From Tubiluchus corallicola (Eukaryota; Animalia; Priapulida), in the NCBI GenBank assembly GCA_030141605.1, contig JAQGDQ010000045.1, forward strand, positions 859,777 through 923,776: a stretch of DNA of 64,000 bases, written 5' to 3'. Within the stretch, counting starts at the first letter, position 1. Each line of letters starts with the position of its first letter. Under the pieces are notes generated by a model that saw only the letters and a list, made by a program, of their open reading frames with translations, was not told the DNA's origin and did no database searches. The position numbers were made by a program, and so were the translations under genes. Below, piece after piece: positions 1-13,238 of this stretch.

Positions 1-3000
1 TTTCATTTAATTATGTTGCAGGCCTGCGCGATACCTACGTTAACTTAACTTTTTTATAATTTTTAATATTCAAACTGACCATTCTAGGCCTACAGGACTA
101 GCGTCAACGCGCTATAGTTTGATTTAGCACAAAGCAGCTAAGTTACAAAAGCATTAAAACCATTTAAAGCCAATGCTTATATAATACACATAAAAATGGT
201 AAAATAAACAAGACAAAACGCAATAATGAAACCGAGACGGGGCCTCCGGGTTCCAAGACTAATCCGCAAACAGTGGGTCTGATTTTGAATCAAAACATAC
301 AAACGACATAGTGCCTCTCCAACCATTGTTGTGCATGTTGGCCAAGTGTTCTTGTTCCCAGCTACGGTAAAAACTGTCAAAAGTCTCGAGTGGTGTTTCC
401 ACTTGTCCAGACAACGTAATTGGCCGCCGTAGAATAAAGCCGGTGAAATGTTTTGGATGTGGAGCTAATTGCGAAAGGAGAAACGCATGAGAAGGGACCA
501 TTACGAGACGCAGCGTGCTGAAAGACGCCCTAGAATGTGGCATGCGTCTCTGAAAGGTGGTGAACAAAAGGGAAGGCTGCACCATTCAGACAATCACAAT
601 CACCCCACGGGGAAAACTACCGAGCATTAGCGAATAATATTGCAATTATTTTATTATACCGTTCTGCGAGTTGCAGCCATTTATAAAGTAATGCAACACT
701 CATTTGGTGGTGATACAATAGTCGCAGAGTTCACCAATTCTGCCTGAGTGAGCAGTAACTAGGTACATTTCAGACCTTTAATACACTGCCTACTTGAGCC
801 ATTAGTTAGCTACTGTAATTGTACATTTAATAAAATCTGCAACCTTTAAAGCTTTTAATAATACAGCGCGTTGGCTAGCGACACCAAGATGTACAAATAA
901 GTGACTAAAATGTCAATTTCACCTGATGTAAACAGATGTGATTTCACCATAAACAGCCCGTAACGTTTAGTGATGAAAATGTTTTATAAACTAGATCACT
1001 AAAGATCACAAGAGGAGCTTTATGTGATTACCTTATTTTTGTTCTAGGCTCACAAAGTAAAGCTTAAATTGTAGTGCCAAACAAGATTTTGAAAGCAATT
1101 TTATGTTATACGCAGGCCCTTAGAGCCACTGTTTCACTCAGATAAGTGAGGGCTGCTTAATTTTGTTAGTCGTTGTTTGCTATTTGCGATTTGGAAGATA
1201 ACAGTCTTATTACTTGTTATTCGTTTTTCGATTTTTATACTATCCTACATAACAACATTGTTGCATCTATAGCTCTACTTTGCAATTATCATGCACAGGT
1301 AGGGATTAAATAAACATGCAATGTCTCTCTTGACATCAAATTAAAGACGTATTCGGTAGCTTGCTGACTCCACCGTCACAAGAATTCAATACAGAGACAG
1401 TGTAATATATGATGATTAATCCCGCGGATTAGCAATCGTGTGGATTATTGGATGCAGCAGCAGTAGCATCCTCTTCAATGAATTCATTAGGATTAGAATG
1501 ATGCTGAGTTCGTGGGTACACCTGGATGCCCTGACAAAATTAAACTTGTAAACGGGTAAGGTAAAATATGTAATCTTTAAGTCTGCAGAGTGATAAGTGG
1601 AAAGAAGTAGATTATCTTTCGTTAGTGCAGAAGTCTGGGTTTTATTTTTGTAATGTTCTTCAATCCTGTTATTTTGTATAAGTCTTTGGTTGCAATTAAA
1701 AATCCCCACAGCTAAGCAATTAACTGTATCCATTGAAATCAGTTTTCGTCTGCTTTCAGTTTTTATTGAAGGTTTCAAAACATTTTCTAAAATAAAAAGT
1801 AAGAATATTTCGTTCTAAAATACGAACGGAAAAGATCAAGGTCTGTTTGCGCATTTTTCATCGCATGCTGATTACTTGCTGAAAAAATAAACTCACGCAC
1901 GAAAATTCGAACTCCTCACTCTTGTAAAACAAATTCTTTATGCAAAACCAACCTATAGATTTGACGTTGAAAGCATATGTTAGTGGCTTATACTTGACTG
2001 AGTGTTTATTTATCACACTGCAATAATATGTTTTCTGTGATAATGTCATGCTAATAATTTTTTTATTCCTTTGAATAGATTTTGTAACTAAATGTTTATT
2101 TCCGCACCTAAACCGGCAAAAATATATTCTACGTAGTAAACACATACAAGTTTCTTACTAGTTACATTAGCATGCGTTCGTTGCCACATTGGTCAAGTAT
2201 TAGGAAGCAAAAAAGACGCTAAAATTAAGAAATGAACAGGGCAAATGTGCACACGTAGCACCTTTTCCAGGTGAACAGACACACATGCGCTTCAGCAGAC
2301 TGACCAATTAAAGCATTTCTGATTACTTCTGTTACACTATCATGGCCTTTGTATACGCGCAGCTCGCAGGCATGATTCTTTTTCTATTGTACGTTGTACA
2401 GAAAAAGTTTACAGAAGCCTAGAGTCTGAATGATCTAGCTACCGTGAGGTTCAAATTTATTCATGTAAATTCATTACTGTGTCCCGAACTTAAATGTGTT
2501 CAAATTGAAATCAACACCAATATCTGTTGGAATAAAAAATCAATAAAATTTAACTGGTACACTAAATTTTTTAGCCCACGAGTCAGCACCTGTTGAGCTA
2601 GATGCAAACAATGGTCGGGAGTATCCGGCTTTACATACCAATCGTATTTACTTCTAATCATATTCGTGGTCTTACTTCTTATTTTTAATATTTCTTTTTT
2701 TATTTCAATTTCTTTTTCTTTGATGCCTTTCTTTATTCTTTTCATTGGCTCAGCATCATGCTATGCATATAAGCCTGCTTTCTGTACCATGCAGCAACAA
2801 CAATGTTTATAATTTTTGCTTATTACTGTTCTTTTAACTTTTGTTGAGAAAACGCAAATTGTAATTACACTGCATTACTGAGTGAATCAATTAATCAATC
2901 TAACTTCCTGAGATTTGTTAGAATTATTCAGGCATGTCGGAGATGCTAAAACTTTCCTTAACGTTTCTTTATCCGAAAATTTACTTTTCGGGTGACTAAT

Positions 3001-3335
3001 GTAGGTGTACTTTCAATACGCTTAGTATAATGTTTTGTGTCTTTACTTATGTATCGGTACTGGAGGAATCACATTGTATAAAAAGTTTCAGCGAAGAATA
3101 ACATAGAAAACCTTGAGAGGCGTTTCAACAGAAAATGTTACCAAAAATGTTGCAGCATTCCATCTATGAAATGATATAAATCTCCGTCCGCAAAATCTAT
3201 TTGTTGTAAGCTTTATTAATTATCGAAAATAATCCTCTAACATGAACCACAGAACTGCAAAGATTTCTCAGCCACAGGTACCACAGTAAATTCTTCCTCA
3301 AAAACGTAGAAGTCGAAGGCAGTAGGGCTGCTGAA

Positions 3336-3398
3336 ACCACCTAGTTTCCCGGTGGTCACCCATCTGTCTAGTAACCAGAGAAGGTATGGTTTAAGTTT
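3336..3398 (-). repeat. Degenerate 5S rRNA-like fragment (5S-derived SINE piece or pseudogene)
   Basis: Plus strand CACCTAGTTTCCCGGTGGTCACCCATCTGTCTAGTAACCAG resembles the reverse complement of the 3' half of animal 5S rRNA (CACCCGGTATTCCCAGGCGGTCTCCCATCCAAGTACTAACCAG). Partial and diverged. Confidence 0.45.
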
Positions 3399-6300
3399 AA
3401 CATGGCATTTAAACTATACAGTGGCCACATAGTTACTTTTATTGCCCCCTTGCTTTTGTGGCATTAAAGAAGTAGGCACTTTATGGGAATTCTGACCAAT
3501 TTTTGCACTTTTGAACAGCATAAAAATGTAGAAAAAGCTAGACAAAAATAAAAAACTAACCCAGTTTTAATAACAATGAGTTATAGTTACTATAGGAACT
3601 ATGTTAGTATGAGCCATCATATACGTAACAGTGTAAGCGATTTTAAAAATCTAGACGCACTATATTGAGGAACGTAACAATACACTCCACAAAAGCGTTC
3701 ATTATTAAAAAAACATGGATACAAGAAAACAAAGGTCCCTCAAGCGAGTGTGATTTTACTGCTCGGCAAATTATAGCCCTACGGTTTTTAATTCTACATT
3801 GGTGGTGAATGTGCGTGTATTATTCTATTGTAACAACGTTGCCAAGTAACGCAGCTCTGCTAAGAACAAGAAACTACTGTTTTGTAACATATAATAGTAA
3901 CTACCGGCAAGCCACAATAACTAACTACATGTAGCTGCAAATACTCTCAGTTTACAAAGTAAAAAAAGGCGAAATTTAACACGGTGTAATTGTTTTCAGT
4001 TTGCACGCAAAAGAGCATTCCAATTTTTAACACGACTGGCTTGTCATTACCAACCAGTGAATAAAGCAACAGTAACAAAAACAACGTACGTAGTCTTGAA
4101 TACAGGTGTGACGAAAGCTTGGGTGCAGTGAAAGCACTGAAAGAAAAGCGTATTACAGTATCCGGTTCCGCTGGATGCTGACGAAATACAAGCGAGGATT
4201 TAATGTATAGAATAGTGTATGTTCTATAAATGACAATAACAGATATAAATTTTAGTAACTCTAAAAGAAGGAAAACCCCAAAGAGAATAAAATTCACAGT
4301 TTTAAACAACTAACGGGCGCCGCTATTTTCCAGAAAAATATTAATATAAAATGTAGGCGTTCGGGGATATTGGTTTTTCATAACTATATTACTACACATT
4401 TTAACTTTCTATATTTTGAAAGTGTGATTTCATCATTTTTGGAATTGCATGAAAAATCCTAAATAACTAATTACTATTAGAGATCGTACACGTATGAACG
4501 ATGTATATACACATATTAGTTTGTTCATCGCAGCCGTTTTTGAACTCTGCGATCAGTTCGTGTGCACCGAGTCCTTTTGTGTGCGTTTTTATCGGAACTG
4601 GTCCTACAGGTATATATATATATATATATATATATTATACATATATAAGCTATAATTCTAAATGCGCTAGCAATTTATACATGTGTCTGTAAATTCATTG
4701 AGTTCTGCAATGTAGCTGTCTGAAGAAAGGACAGCAATTTATGCAAACCCATGCTGCTTGGTGAATTCGTTAATCAAGAAGTGTTAATAATTAGCAGCGT
4801 AGTGGGTTAATTAGTTTAATGGTGATGAGATAATTAACGTATAATCGGACAACAAATTAAACTGACATAGCACATGCGCGTAATTTTGATGAATGTCAAA
4901 TTACATTTCTTGGTAATGTTTAAAATAATCTAAAAAATAGTAAGACAAGGAAAGAACTTAATAGCTGAATATCATAAGAACCTAAGTGTTACTGTTTTCA
5001 ATTGCTAAATCTTTTAGTTACGGGCTAAACTAGCTATTCAATTCCGATTTGTTATTCATAAACATGAGGCCTACTATATCGTTAATTTACCAAAAGCTAT
5101 GTCTTACGCGATTAGGGAAGAACTGCTTATATGTGTAAATGCTAATTTTTTATTGAGTATTTTTATTAAAATACTCTAGGCTTTTATGTTATGTAACAAG
5201 CAATTATTAAAAAACTAAACTTCGGATTTTTGTCGTTCTTTATTATGCATTTAAGAAATACATATTCTAATGATTGTAAACAAATAATATTGAAATGAAA
5301 CTGTAACAAATAATTATTATGACTGACGAAAACAAAGAAAACGCTTATTAAATATAGCTTTTTAAATTGCCCTTTAACTGCTTTTTTGAGATTGAAATTT
5401 TTAATTTTGCAATAAAAATTTCGGATTTATTACTGCATACATTATTATCATTGTTTATTCGCTATATTGTTTATTATCAAATCAAAGAAACATAGAGCAA
5501 TAAAACAAAATGTCAGCGAATTTACAGTTACGTCAAGTACAATATTTTTCCAAGATCGATTAGAGTAGCCAAAAATGTGAATTCGTCATAAAAACAACGT
5601 AGGACGAGAATATATATAATATAAAAATAAACATTTGTTTACATAAATCGCCTCAAACTAGGCAAAATACCACTCAGGATAAAAGACTACAATAAGAAGG
5701 CGAAGATGTGAATATATAACCTGAGGAATAGAATAAATGTAACAAATTTTTTAGCGATAAAATGTATCTGTTGATATTCTACTTGAGTTAAAAACATTAC
5801 AGAACTTTTTGACGATAAAAACGTTTTTCTTCCATCGATTTCACTATTTGAAATCTATTCTTAACGCTGCTGTATGTACATCAACCGATTAAATTAATCC
5901 TGCCTCTTTTATTCTGCGTGGCTTTGATTAGGAATAGAGTTACTGCCACTGACCCGATCACAGACTGCAGTGGGCTAATTCTATTAGATAACAAGCCTAT
6001 TAAATAGAAATGAAAGCATCCCGCTAAGACGCTGACCACCAGCACTGAATAAGCACGCAGTAGTTGGCTTTATAAGAAATCATATAGTTATTATAGAATA
6101 GCTGAATGATATTATAACGTTGCAGTAATTGTAGCCCACCAAACTATCACTGTAACATACGAATTTTTCCATATTTAGAAGTGTAATTTTTATTAAAGAC
6201 AATCTTTACATTAAATGTATAAATGTTAATCTTTTCTTGGTAGCACAATTTTTCAGCAACAAAACTCTTTGGAGTCAACAATAACGCGCGGAAAATCATA

Positions 6301-6422
6301 GCTTTCTGTGCATGCACAAAAACATAATTATGTGTTAATTATGATCTGCAAAAAACAAAATCTTTGAGTAAGATGACGTGGACGAGCATGATTGTATTTA
6401 CTGTAAGAGATACCACTATTAT

Positions 6423-6925
6423 TATAGGTTTTACACGTCAAATGTAGACACAGGAAAGTTCAAATGTGACTTAGGTAAGTCAAATGTAGACATAGGAATT
6501 TCGAATGTGTTTTGGTAACTCAAATGTGACTTAGGTAAGTCAAATGTAGATGCATTACTTTGAATAAATCGGTAATTAAGGTATTTAAGTGCAAATTAGA
6601 AAAAGATAAACCAAAGATAGTGCATCTATTAGTAGACCTATAACGTTGTTATTTTAAGTAAGGAGCAATTATTAAATTGAAATCAAAGAAGATTAAATTT
6701 AACATCCTTAAACTTTACCACCTATCCACATTTGAGATACCAATGTCACACTTGACTTGACATGTGTCTACATTTGACTTACCAAAAGCGCTCAAGATTT
6801 CCTGAAAACCATTGTTAACACATATGAACTACCTAAGTCTACATTTGAGTTACCAAGACACATTTGAATTACCTAAATCTACATTTGAGTTAACGTAGGT
6901 CTACATTTGACATGTAAAACCTATA
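6423..6925. mobile_element. Non-autonomous foldback/MITE-type DNA transposon with modular subterminal repeats
   Basis: Terminal inverted repeats TATAGGTTTTACACGTCAAATGTAGAC (from 6423) and GTCTACATTTGACATGTAAAACCTATA (to 6925), possible TA target duplication. About 20-bp units TCAAATGT(A)GAC are repeated in the left arm and inverted (ACATTTGA) in the right arm. Confidence 0.85.
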
Positions 6926-8014
6926 TAGCATTTCCTATTTCACAAAAATAATTTCTGAACTACACAAATGATCATCTGAATGGGTTCCTCGCCGAGCAGG
7001 ACTTAACTTGTATAGATTTTCAATTTAGTTTTGCTTGGACAGAGGTAACATCCCTACAACAGCGTATTATAGCGTTAAAAATTCATATAAAAGGTTATTC
7101 GTACTACAGTAGCAACACGAGATTAAGAGGCAATATCATGAATGGCGCCTCAAATTATTTAATTGCATTACTTCATTTATATAGATAATGAAATACTAGA
7201 AATGTGTAGAGTGACGTTGGCAACTACGCTCACATTTATTCTAGTTATTCAAACAAGCGTTCAATTCGCAGTGCCACGCGCTGTTTTGTAGCTGTGGCAG
7301 CAAGCTGCATGTTGCAAACATTTCAATTTTTCATTGTCGCTTTTCTAACGCTTTAAGCTCTGACTAGTCAAACACACAGTCCCAATGCGCCCAGTTACAG
7401 GTAATTGCTCATTGTTGACACACTAACTGTGCTAGTGGTGCTAACAATTCAATGTAAAATACAGCCGTGCATATTTAAACGGTCTCGTTTTATTTCGGAA
7501 GCCATATTTGCGGAGTGGATCCAGAAACAGGAAGTTACCTTCAATTCAGACAATGTGCAATCTAAAACTGACGAAGCTCACTTAGCAACTCCTTTTAACA
7601 TTAACATGCACAACAAAGCGTATGTAAGCTTATCAAAATGGATTTCTATTCTTTTTTAAAGTCCTTACGCCCTTTTTATATCAAAAATACGCCCTGGTTT
7701 CATGCAAAATAGTTTCAATATAAATGCAACGTCATAACTTTACGCCACTTGTATTTGATCAAGAGGAATAGATCTGCTATTATATTTTTTTCACTGTTTT
7801 ATATATTGCAGAATAAGTCAGCCAGGTTGTTGCCAGAGGCTTACAGTGATACAAGGTGTCAGTATCTGTGACTGAAAGACGCGACTTGAAAAGGAAAAAT
7901 GATGTAATTAGAATTATCACCAGATCTCTGCAGCTTGAGAACACATATGAAACAAAGAAACGGTTGTCTCCGTATAGGAAAGATGCTTTCTTGTACGTGG
8001 CGGTGAGCTACAAA

Positions 8015-8260
8015 ACTACATTACACTACAATACACTACACTATACAGTACACTACAGTACATTATGCTACAATACACTATACCAAGCTACATTACACTA
8101 CACAACACTACACTACATTGCACTTGCATTACACTGCATTGCACTACACTGCACTGCACTACACTGCTACACGAGACTGCACTGTACTACACTGCACTGC
8201 ATTATACTATGCCACACTACACTATACTACACTACACTACACTGCAGTACACTAAACTAT
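8015..8260. repeat. Degenerate pentanucleotide repeat (CTACA/CTGCA)n
   Basis: Directly visible tandem 5-mers; explains the low-complexity ORFs at 7856 and 8065. Confidence 0.95.
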
Positions 8261-8289
8261 ATGGCTCGTCCTCGCTTACAAAAGCAGAG

Positions 8290-8498
8290 ATAAGTAAAAA
8301 AGAAAAGAGAAAAAAATAATTAAAAAAGGAAAGAGACAAAGTAAGGACAAGAAAGAAATAAAGAAAGAAGAAAGCAGGAAAAAATAAAAGACAGAAAGAA
8401 AGGAAGAAAGAAAGAAAATACGAAAGAGAGGAAGAAAGAAAGAAAGAAAATACGAAAGTAAGGAAGAAAAAAAGAAAAAAGAAAAGAAAGAAAGAAAA

Positions 8499-8574
<76 letters not shown>

Positions 8575-8642
8575 AAAGATGAAAGGAATGAAGAAAGAAG
8601 GAAAGAAAAAAGAAAGAACAAACGAAAGAAATAAAGAAAGAA
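8290..8642. repeat. (GAAA)n polypurine tract
   Basis: Directly visible; pure core about 8500-8575. Confidence 0.95.
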
Positions 8643-9309
8643 CGGTTCTGTATTGTATTTGTATTTGTTGGCAATGCCGGCATTTTATTTGTTTTCAGAA
8701 TCGAGTCATAATTCTGAAAAACTTTTTTGCTAACAAATGTCAATAAAAGCTCTATTACTGTCAAGAAAACTGATAACAATAAACTCGAAGTATAATATAA
8801 ATAATTTATGTCATCAGAACTCTTTCCTTAAACATGTATGCAAATCTCAGAGATCTTCATAACACATTCCTAGCATACTCGGCTTATGCTAAACATCAAA
8901 GTTTACCTACATCTTTATGAAAATGAAGTCATTTGATTTGGCCGGGCGGCGAGATTATGCATTACAGTGAAGCCCTGTGTGAAGCCCTAAATGGTGATGA
9001 GCACGCATTGACGAGGTGCTATTGTCTGTTGGTCCTGCGCGCTTAATCTGCTTGCTAAACAGTGTCACGCGAGTGCGGACCGTGTTTCAGCCGATTCACC
9101 CTTTCTTTATACGAGTAAAGTGGAAGGGCAAACATGCAAGCTTTCTGGGAGCGCTTGCTTGGATGCTGGTGAGCTTACACAACACAAGTGTTCACTTTCC
9201 CATGCAGTAAATCAGGCGGGCTTCATCCCTTCGCTAGCGCCTTCACTTGCTAATACAGCAATCAACTAGCCTCTTGCTAAGACTTCAGCATAACTCAGCA
9301 TGCTGGACA

Positions 9310-9532
9310 TTTTACTCAATCATTTTTAATAATTCCAAAGTTTATTCAAGATACCTAGAGGATGCGTATTGAAAATAGTAAAGGAGACAAAGCCCTGCCT
9401 TGACGAATTCCGTTGCCCATACCGAGCATTTACTCAAATATTTTTAGTAGTTTTAAACCTTATTCGGCATACGTAATTATCAATATAAATTGAAAATAGT
9501 AAGAGGACAAAATTCTGTTGGCGAATTCCGTA
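9310..9532. repeat. Diverged tandem duplication, unit about 117 bp
   Basis: CATTT(T)ACTCAA...ATTTTTA...TTATTC...ATTGAAAATAGTAA...GACAAA...CGAATTCCGT occurs twice in the same order (about 9311-9412 and 9427-9530). Confidence 0.75.
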
Positions 9533-10458
9533 GTGCATTGGAAAGTGCACATAAGGGAATTTCTTTTTCAGTGGATTCACACGCACAAGTGAAAACCTTT
9601 GGCAAATGTAAGACAGTTTTCTTCATTGTAGCTTAACTTCAGTAAAATAAGAACTTTAAAAACAGTTTGCAAAAATTTTGTTTTATAGTAATTATATTTT
9701 TTAAACGTCTTCAACAACAAGCTATAATTCAAGTTGGCTAATTCTCATTTAATTTCGCTTTGCAACATTGTATGAATTATGATTAATAACTCGACCAAGT
9801 TTAAGCTAGCCTCTTGTTAAAGAGTTGCCTATGTGTCAGCGTCATTATTGACTTGTGGAATCCTTACGGAAAAACACGCATATATTTGGTACATATTCAA
9901 TTTGTAAAGAACATGGTAAATGATAAGAAATTCAAACTAGGGGGATGGCCGAATTTTAATGTAACAGGTTTAAATTATTTTGTACGTTCCCACGAGTATG
10001 CATGCAATTACATTGTGGGTGGCACACTGGGAAAACTGCGTCCAAAAACATTTAATGAAAGGGACTCATAATTACCCTAGTGATTTACGAATAGAACCAA
10101 TTAGGTTTATATAATTAACACGCTCACTAATTCTCAAATCAACTCATGTTGTTAAAATTGCATGTTTTTTATTTATCAAACACAGACTTCACTTTGTTTT
10201 TGCTTGAAAACATTGCATTCAAACAGAGCAATAGCAGAAATGATCCGCAGAATATATCACATTGAGATAGTTCACTCAGATAGTTGACGGACTTATGAGT
10301 TGGACTGTGATTAGTTATTAGTTACTTATGAATAACGCTTAACAGGTTCATTCCGCTTAATACTTCATAACGCTTAGCAGGCTAAACTAAAAAACCCTTC
10401 TCATCTGCATGATTGAGGGCGCCCAAATACGTCACATTTGCAGTTGTAAATGAATCAA

Positions 10459-10508
10459 CTGACGTCGTATATGTTATTAGTTACTGATGTCGCATGTGTT
10501 ATTAGTTA
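10459..10508. repeat. 25-bp tandem duplication
   Basis: CTGACGTCGTATATGTTATTAGTTA followed by CTGATGTCGCATGTGTTATTAGTTA. Confidence 0.85.
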
Positions 10509-11359
10509 ACCACCCTTTATTAAATAAGTTTCATAGCCATTCGAAGAGTTTGACAAGTTTACGTGGTTGTACCACATTAATTATCAAGTGTAGAAAACGG
10601 TGTGTAATTACTTTTGTTACCAAAACAGGAGCAAAAGTTATGACTAACTCAAAACTTTAGTTAACCTAACTATATTTGTACGACCAGAGTTTAACTTACT
10701 ACTTGCGGCAGGGGATTATTTCTAGAAATCTAGCAATCTAATCTAAGCAGTGTGAACTATACAAGATAATTAAATTAGGACTGTCCGTAATGCCCGGATT
10801 TTATTTCGCTTATTAATAGGCCTTTAGCAGATTACGTGATAAACTTTTCAGATTGAACATGCATATTCAAGAACCTGTGTTGACTATTCCAAATAAAGTT
10901 TTAGTGCAAACAAACAATGGCAGATTTCAAGAAAAAACCAGCTCTATCATAATAACACTATAATATCATTTTCTGCTTACAAAGTTTAATAACCGCCAAA
11001 AACTCTAGACAAAATAACTGATGAGTAGATAGCAAAGCAACTGCGCAAAACAATTTCGCAATTCGTCATATCACTGCTCACTTGTTTTTATCGCGGTGCA
11101 CATCTGGGAAATTTACAATTCGGATGGGCTTCGCGGCGATCCTTGTTGCCGTTACTGGTCAGGCGCTATAATAGATATCTGTATATCTCTGGCCTCCCAT
11201 GTGGCCACAGTTATGGCTTAGTAAACTTGACATGCCGAAACATTTTCGCTGCAATTAAGCAGACAGTGGAGGAAACAAAGGCTATAAGTTTGTTACTGCT
11301 TGAGCTCGCAGAAAGAGAGAGAAAAGACTTCAAGGAAACAACTTATACTTTTGAGGAAA

Positions 11360-11770
11360 GAACGAATGATTACATGAACGAACAGACGAATGAATGAATG
11401 AATGAATGAAAGAATGAATAAAGGAATGAATGAATGAAAATTTAATAGATTGACGTATGTATGGATGGATGTGGACGGATACTAGAACAACGGATAGTCA
11501 ACTTCTATCCAAATAGAAGAATGGCCGGATGAATGATGAATGAACAGGTGAGCGAATAAATGAATCAATAATGGATGATTAAATAAACGGACAAATGAGT
11601 TAATGAATGAATGAAAGAAATAATGGAAAAAACGAACGAATGAATAAATGTATGAAATAATGAATGAAGTAAAGCGCAAATATACAAATAAATGAACGAA
11701 TAAATAAATGTATGAATAAATGAATGAAGCAAAGCGCAAATATACAAATAAACGAGTGAATGAATAGATG
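11360..11770. repeat. Degenerate (GAAT)n repeat with an internal duplication of about 60 bp
   Basis: GAAT arrays; AAAGCGCAAATATACAAATAAA appears twice 60 bp apart (about 11671 and 11731). Confidence 0.85.
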
Positions 11771-12381
11771 AGTGCCAAGTTGTCATGCGATATAATATCG
11801 TTATTTGATACGAACTGAAGCTGTCACTCGCAAGCAAAACGAACAGCATATTTAAAAAATGCTCATTTCTCTTTTACGATATTATAGATTTTTGTCTCAT
11901 GACTATAAGTTAAATTGATGGCTAATAGTCAAATACAGGTGCAGCCAAATACAGAAGACATATTGAAACTCTGTACAACTCTGTACACAGCAATGAAACA
12001 TGAAACTTTTGTAACCCCACACGTCAAGCCGACTGTTGTATAATGAAGAGAATATAGGTACATGCCCCCGTGATACATGATAACTATATAAATTTCGTAC
12101 ATATATAGGACCTTTATAGGTACTACGTGCTCATGGCTGACGCGTTGAAAAAGAGCCCCACCTGGAAAAAATCTCCTAGCGGCCTTTTGTGGGTATCTCA
12201 GAGAAATTGATAGCTCTTTGAAAGAGGAGAAACTAGGCTACACGATGATGTGTATGTCTTTTACAAATGCCGTTATCAGGATAAATGGCAACAGGTTAGT
12301 TTTGGGGTACATGTATGTTTTTTCTGGCACCCTGCATTTTGATAATGTTACGCAATAGCCTTGAACAAATTTCAACTTTAC

Positions 12382-12504
12382 GGCGCGTTCAGACGTAGAA
12401 ACTTCTCTCGCAACTTGTTGCACAGCGTGTGACGGCTTGGCAACTTTTCTCAGTGAGACGTTGCGCAACAAGTTGCGAGAGAAATCTCTACGTTTGAACG
12501 CACC
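12382..12504. mobile_element. Palindromic MITE, possibly PIF/Harbinger-like
   Basis: 42-bp arms GGCGCGTTCAGACGTAGAAACTTCTCTCGCAACTTGTTGCAC and GCGCAACAAGTTGCGAGAGAAATCTCTACGTTTGAACGCACC are reverse complements with about 5 mismatches. No clean target-site duplication; superfamily inferred from the terminus only. Confidence 0.8.
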
Positions 12505-12654
12505 ATTGTAGGCTACTCGTTTCTAACGTAGGCTACTTGTTTCTAATATTGTAGTCGAAACTTCGTCACATATTTCTGCGCCACCCGATATTTACCATCA
12601 CTCACTTACTTTATACAGCCTTGTGTGTGTATATTAGAAGATAGATACATTTAT

Positions 12655-12741
12655 GTCGTATATAAATATGCCTGTCATGGATGTAACAGATTTTGCATAG
12701 AACAGACCACAAGACAACTTCAGCTTAGAATAAGTGAGCAT
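12655..12741 (+). mobile_element. Penelope-like element GIY-YIG endonuclease remnant
   Basis: Translation VVYKYACHGCNRFCIEQTTRQLQLRISEH matches the PLE pattern VVYxxxCxxCxxxYIGxTxRxLxxRxxEH, with YIG decayed to CIE. Confidence 0.8.
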
Positions 12742-13238
12742 ATGAGGCCTATTTCGTTCAATGTTGTGAAAATTCTAAGATACACCGTACGCATTAATAA
12801 TTATAGGTATTAGTTTATAATACTTGTTAATAAAGATAGGTATTAACTAGATATTAAGAACAATCTATAAATGATATCTGTACATGTACCGAAAACAGGA
12901 AGATGGGAGCGGCTAACAAAATAAGAAAAAACGTGTTTAAAATATTACAAAAGCAATAGAAAATGTAGAACACTTTTTGTTTAATTGTACTGCCCTAAAA
13001 CACATAAGGAAGAATATACTTACAGTAATAGAATTGCCTCACTTGTGGAATTTGTTAAATGAAGTCAGTTAGGAAATTATGTGTTATATTTAGTCAAGGC
13101 TAGAAAGCCTGATATTGAAGCAACTATTGCAGGCAGAAGTGTAAAAATTTGGTGGACAATAATATTGTGTATGTAATTCACACCTATTTGGTCAATATAA
13201 TTTAATACTTGTATTTATCAGTAAAATTTTTTATATGT

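Noticed and set aside
7856-8779. Four long ORFs (LHYTT- and FFLS-rich)
   Set aside because: They are translations of pentamer and GAAA simple repeats; no protein signal.
10767-10777. Paired-class P3 palindrome TAATTAAATTA (another at 60756)
   Set aside because: Several are expected by chance at this AT content.
13030-13070. LPHLWNLL, resembling the CR1/L2 RT C-terminus
   Set aside because: Too short, with no flanking support.
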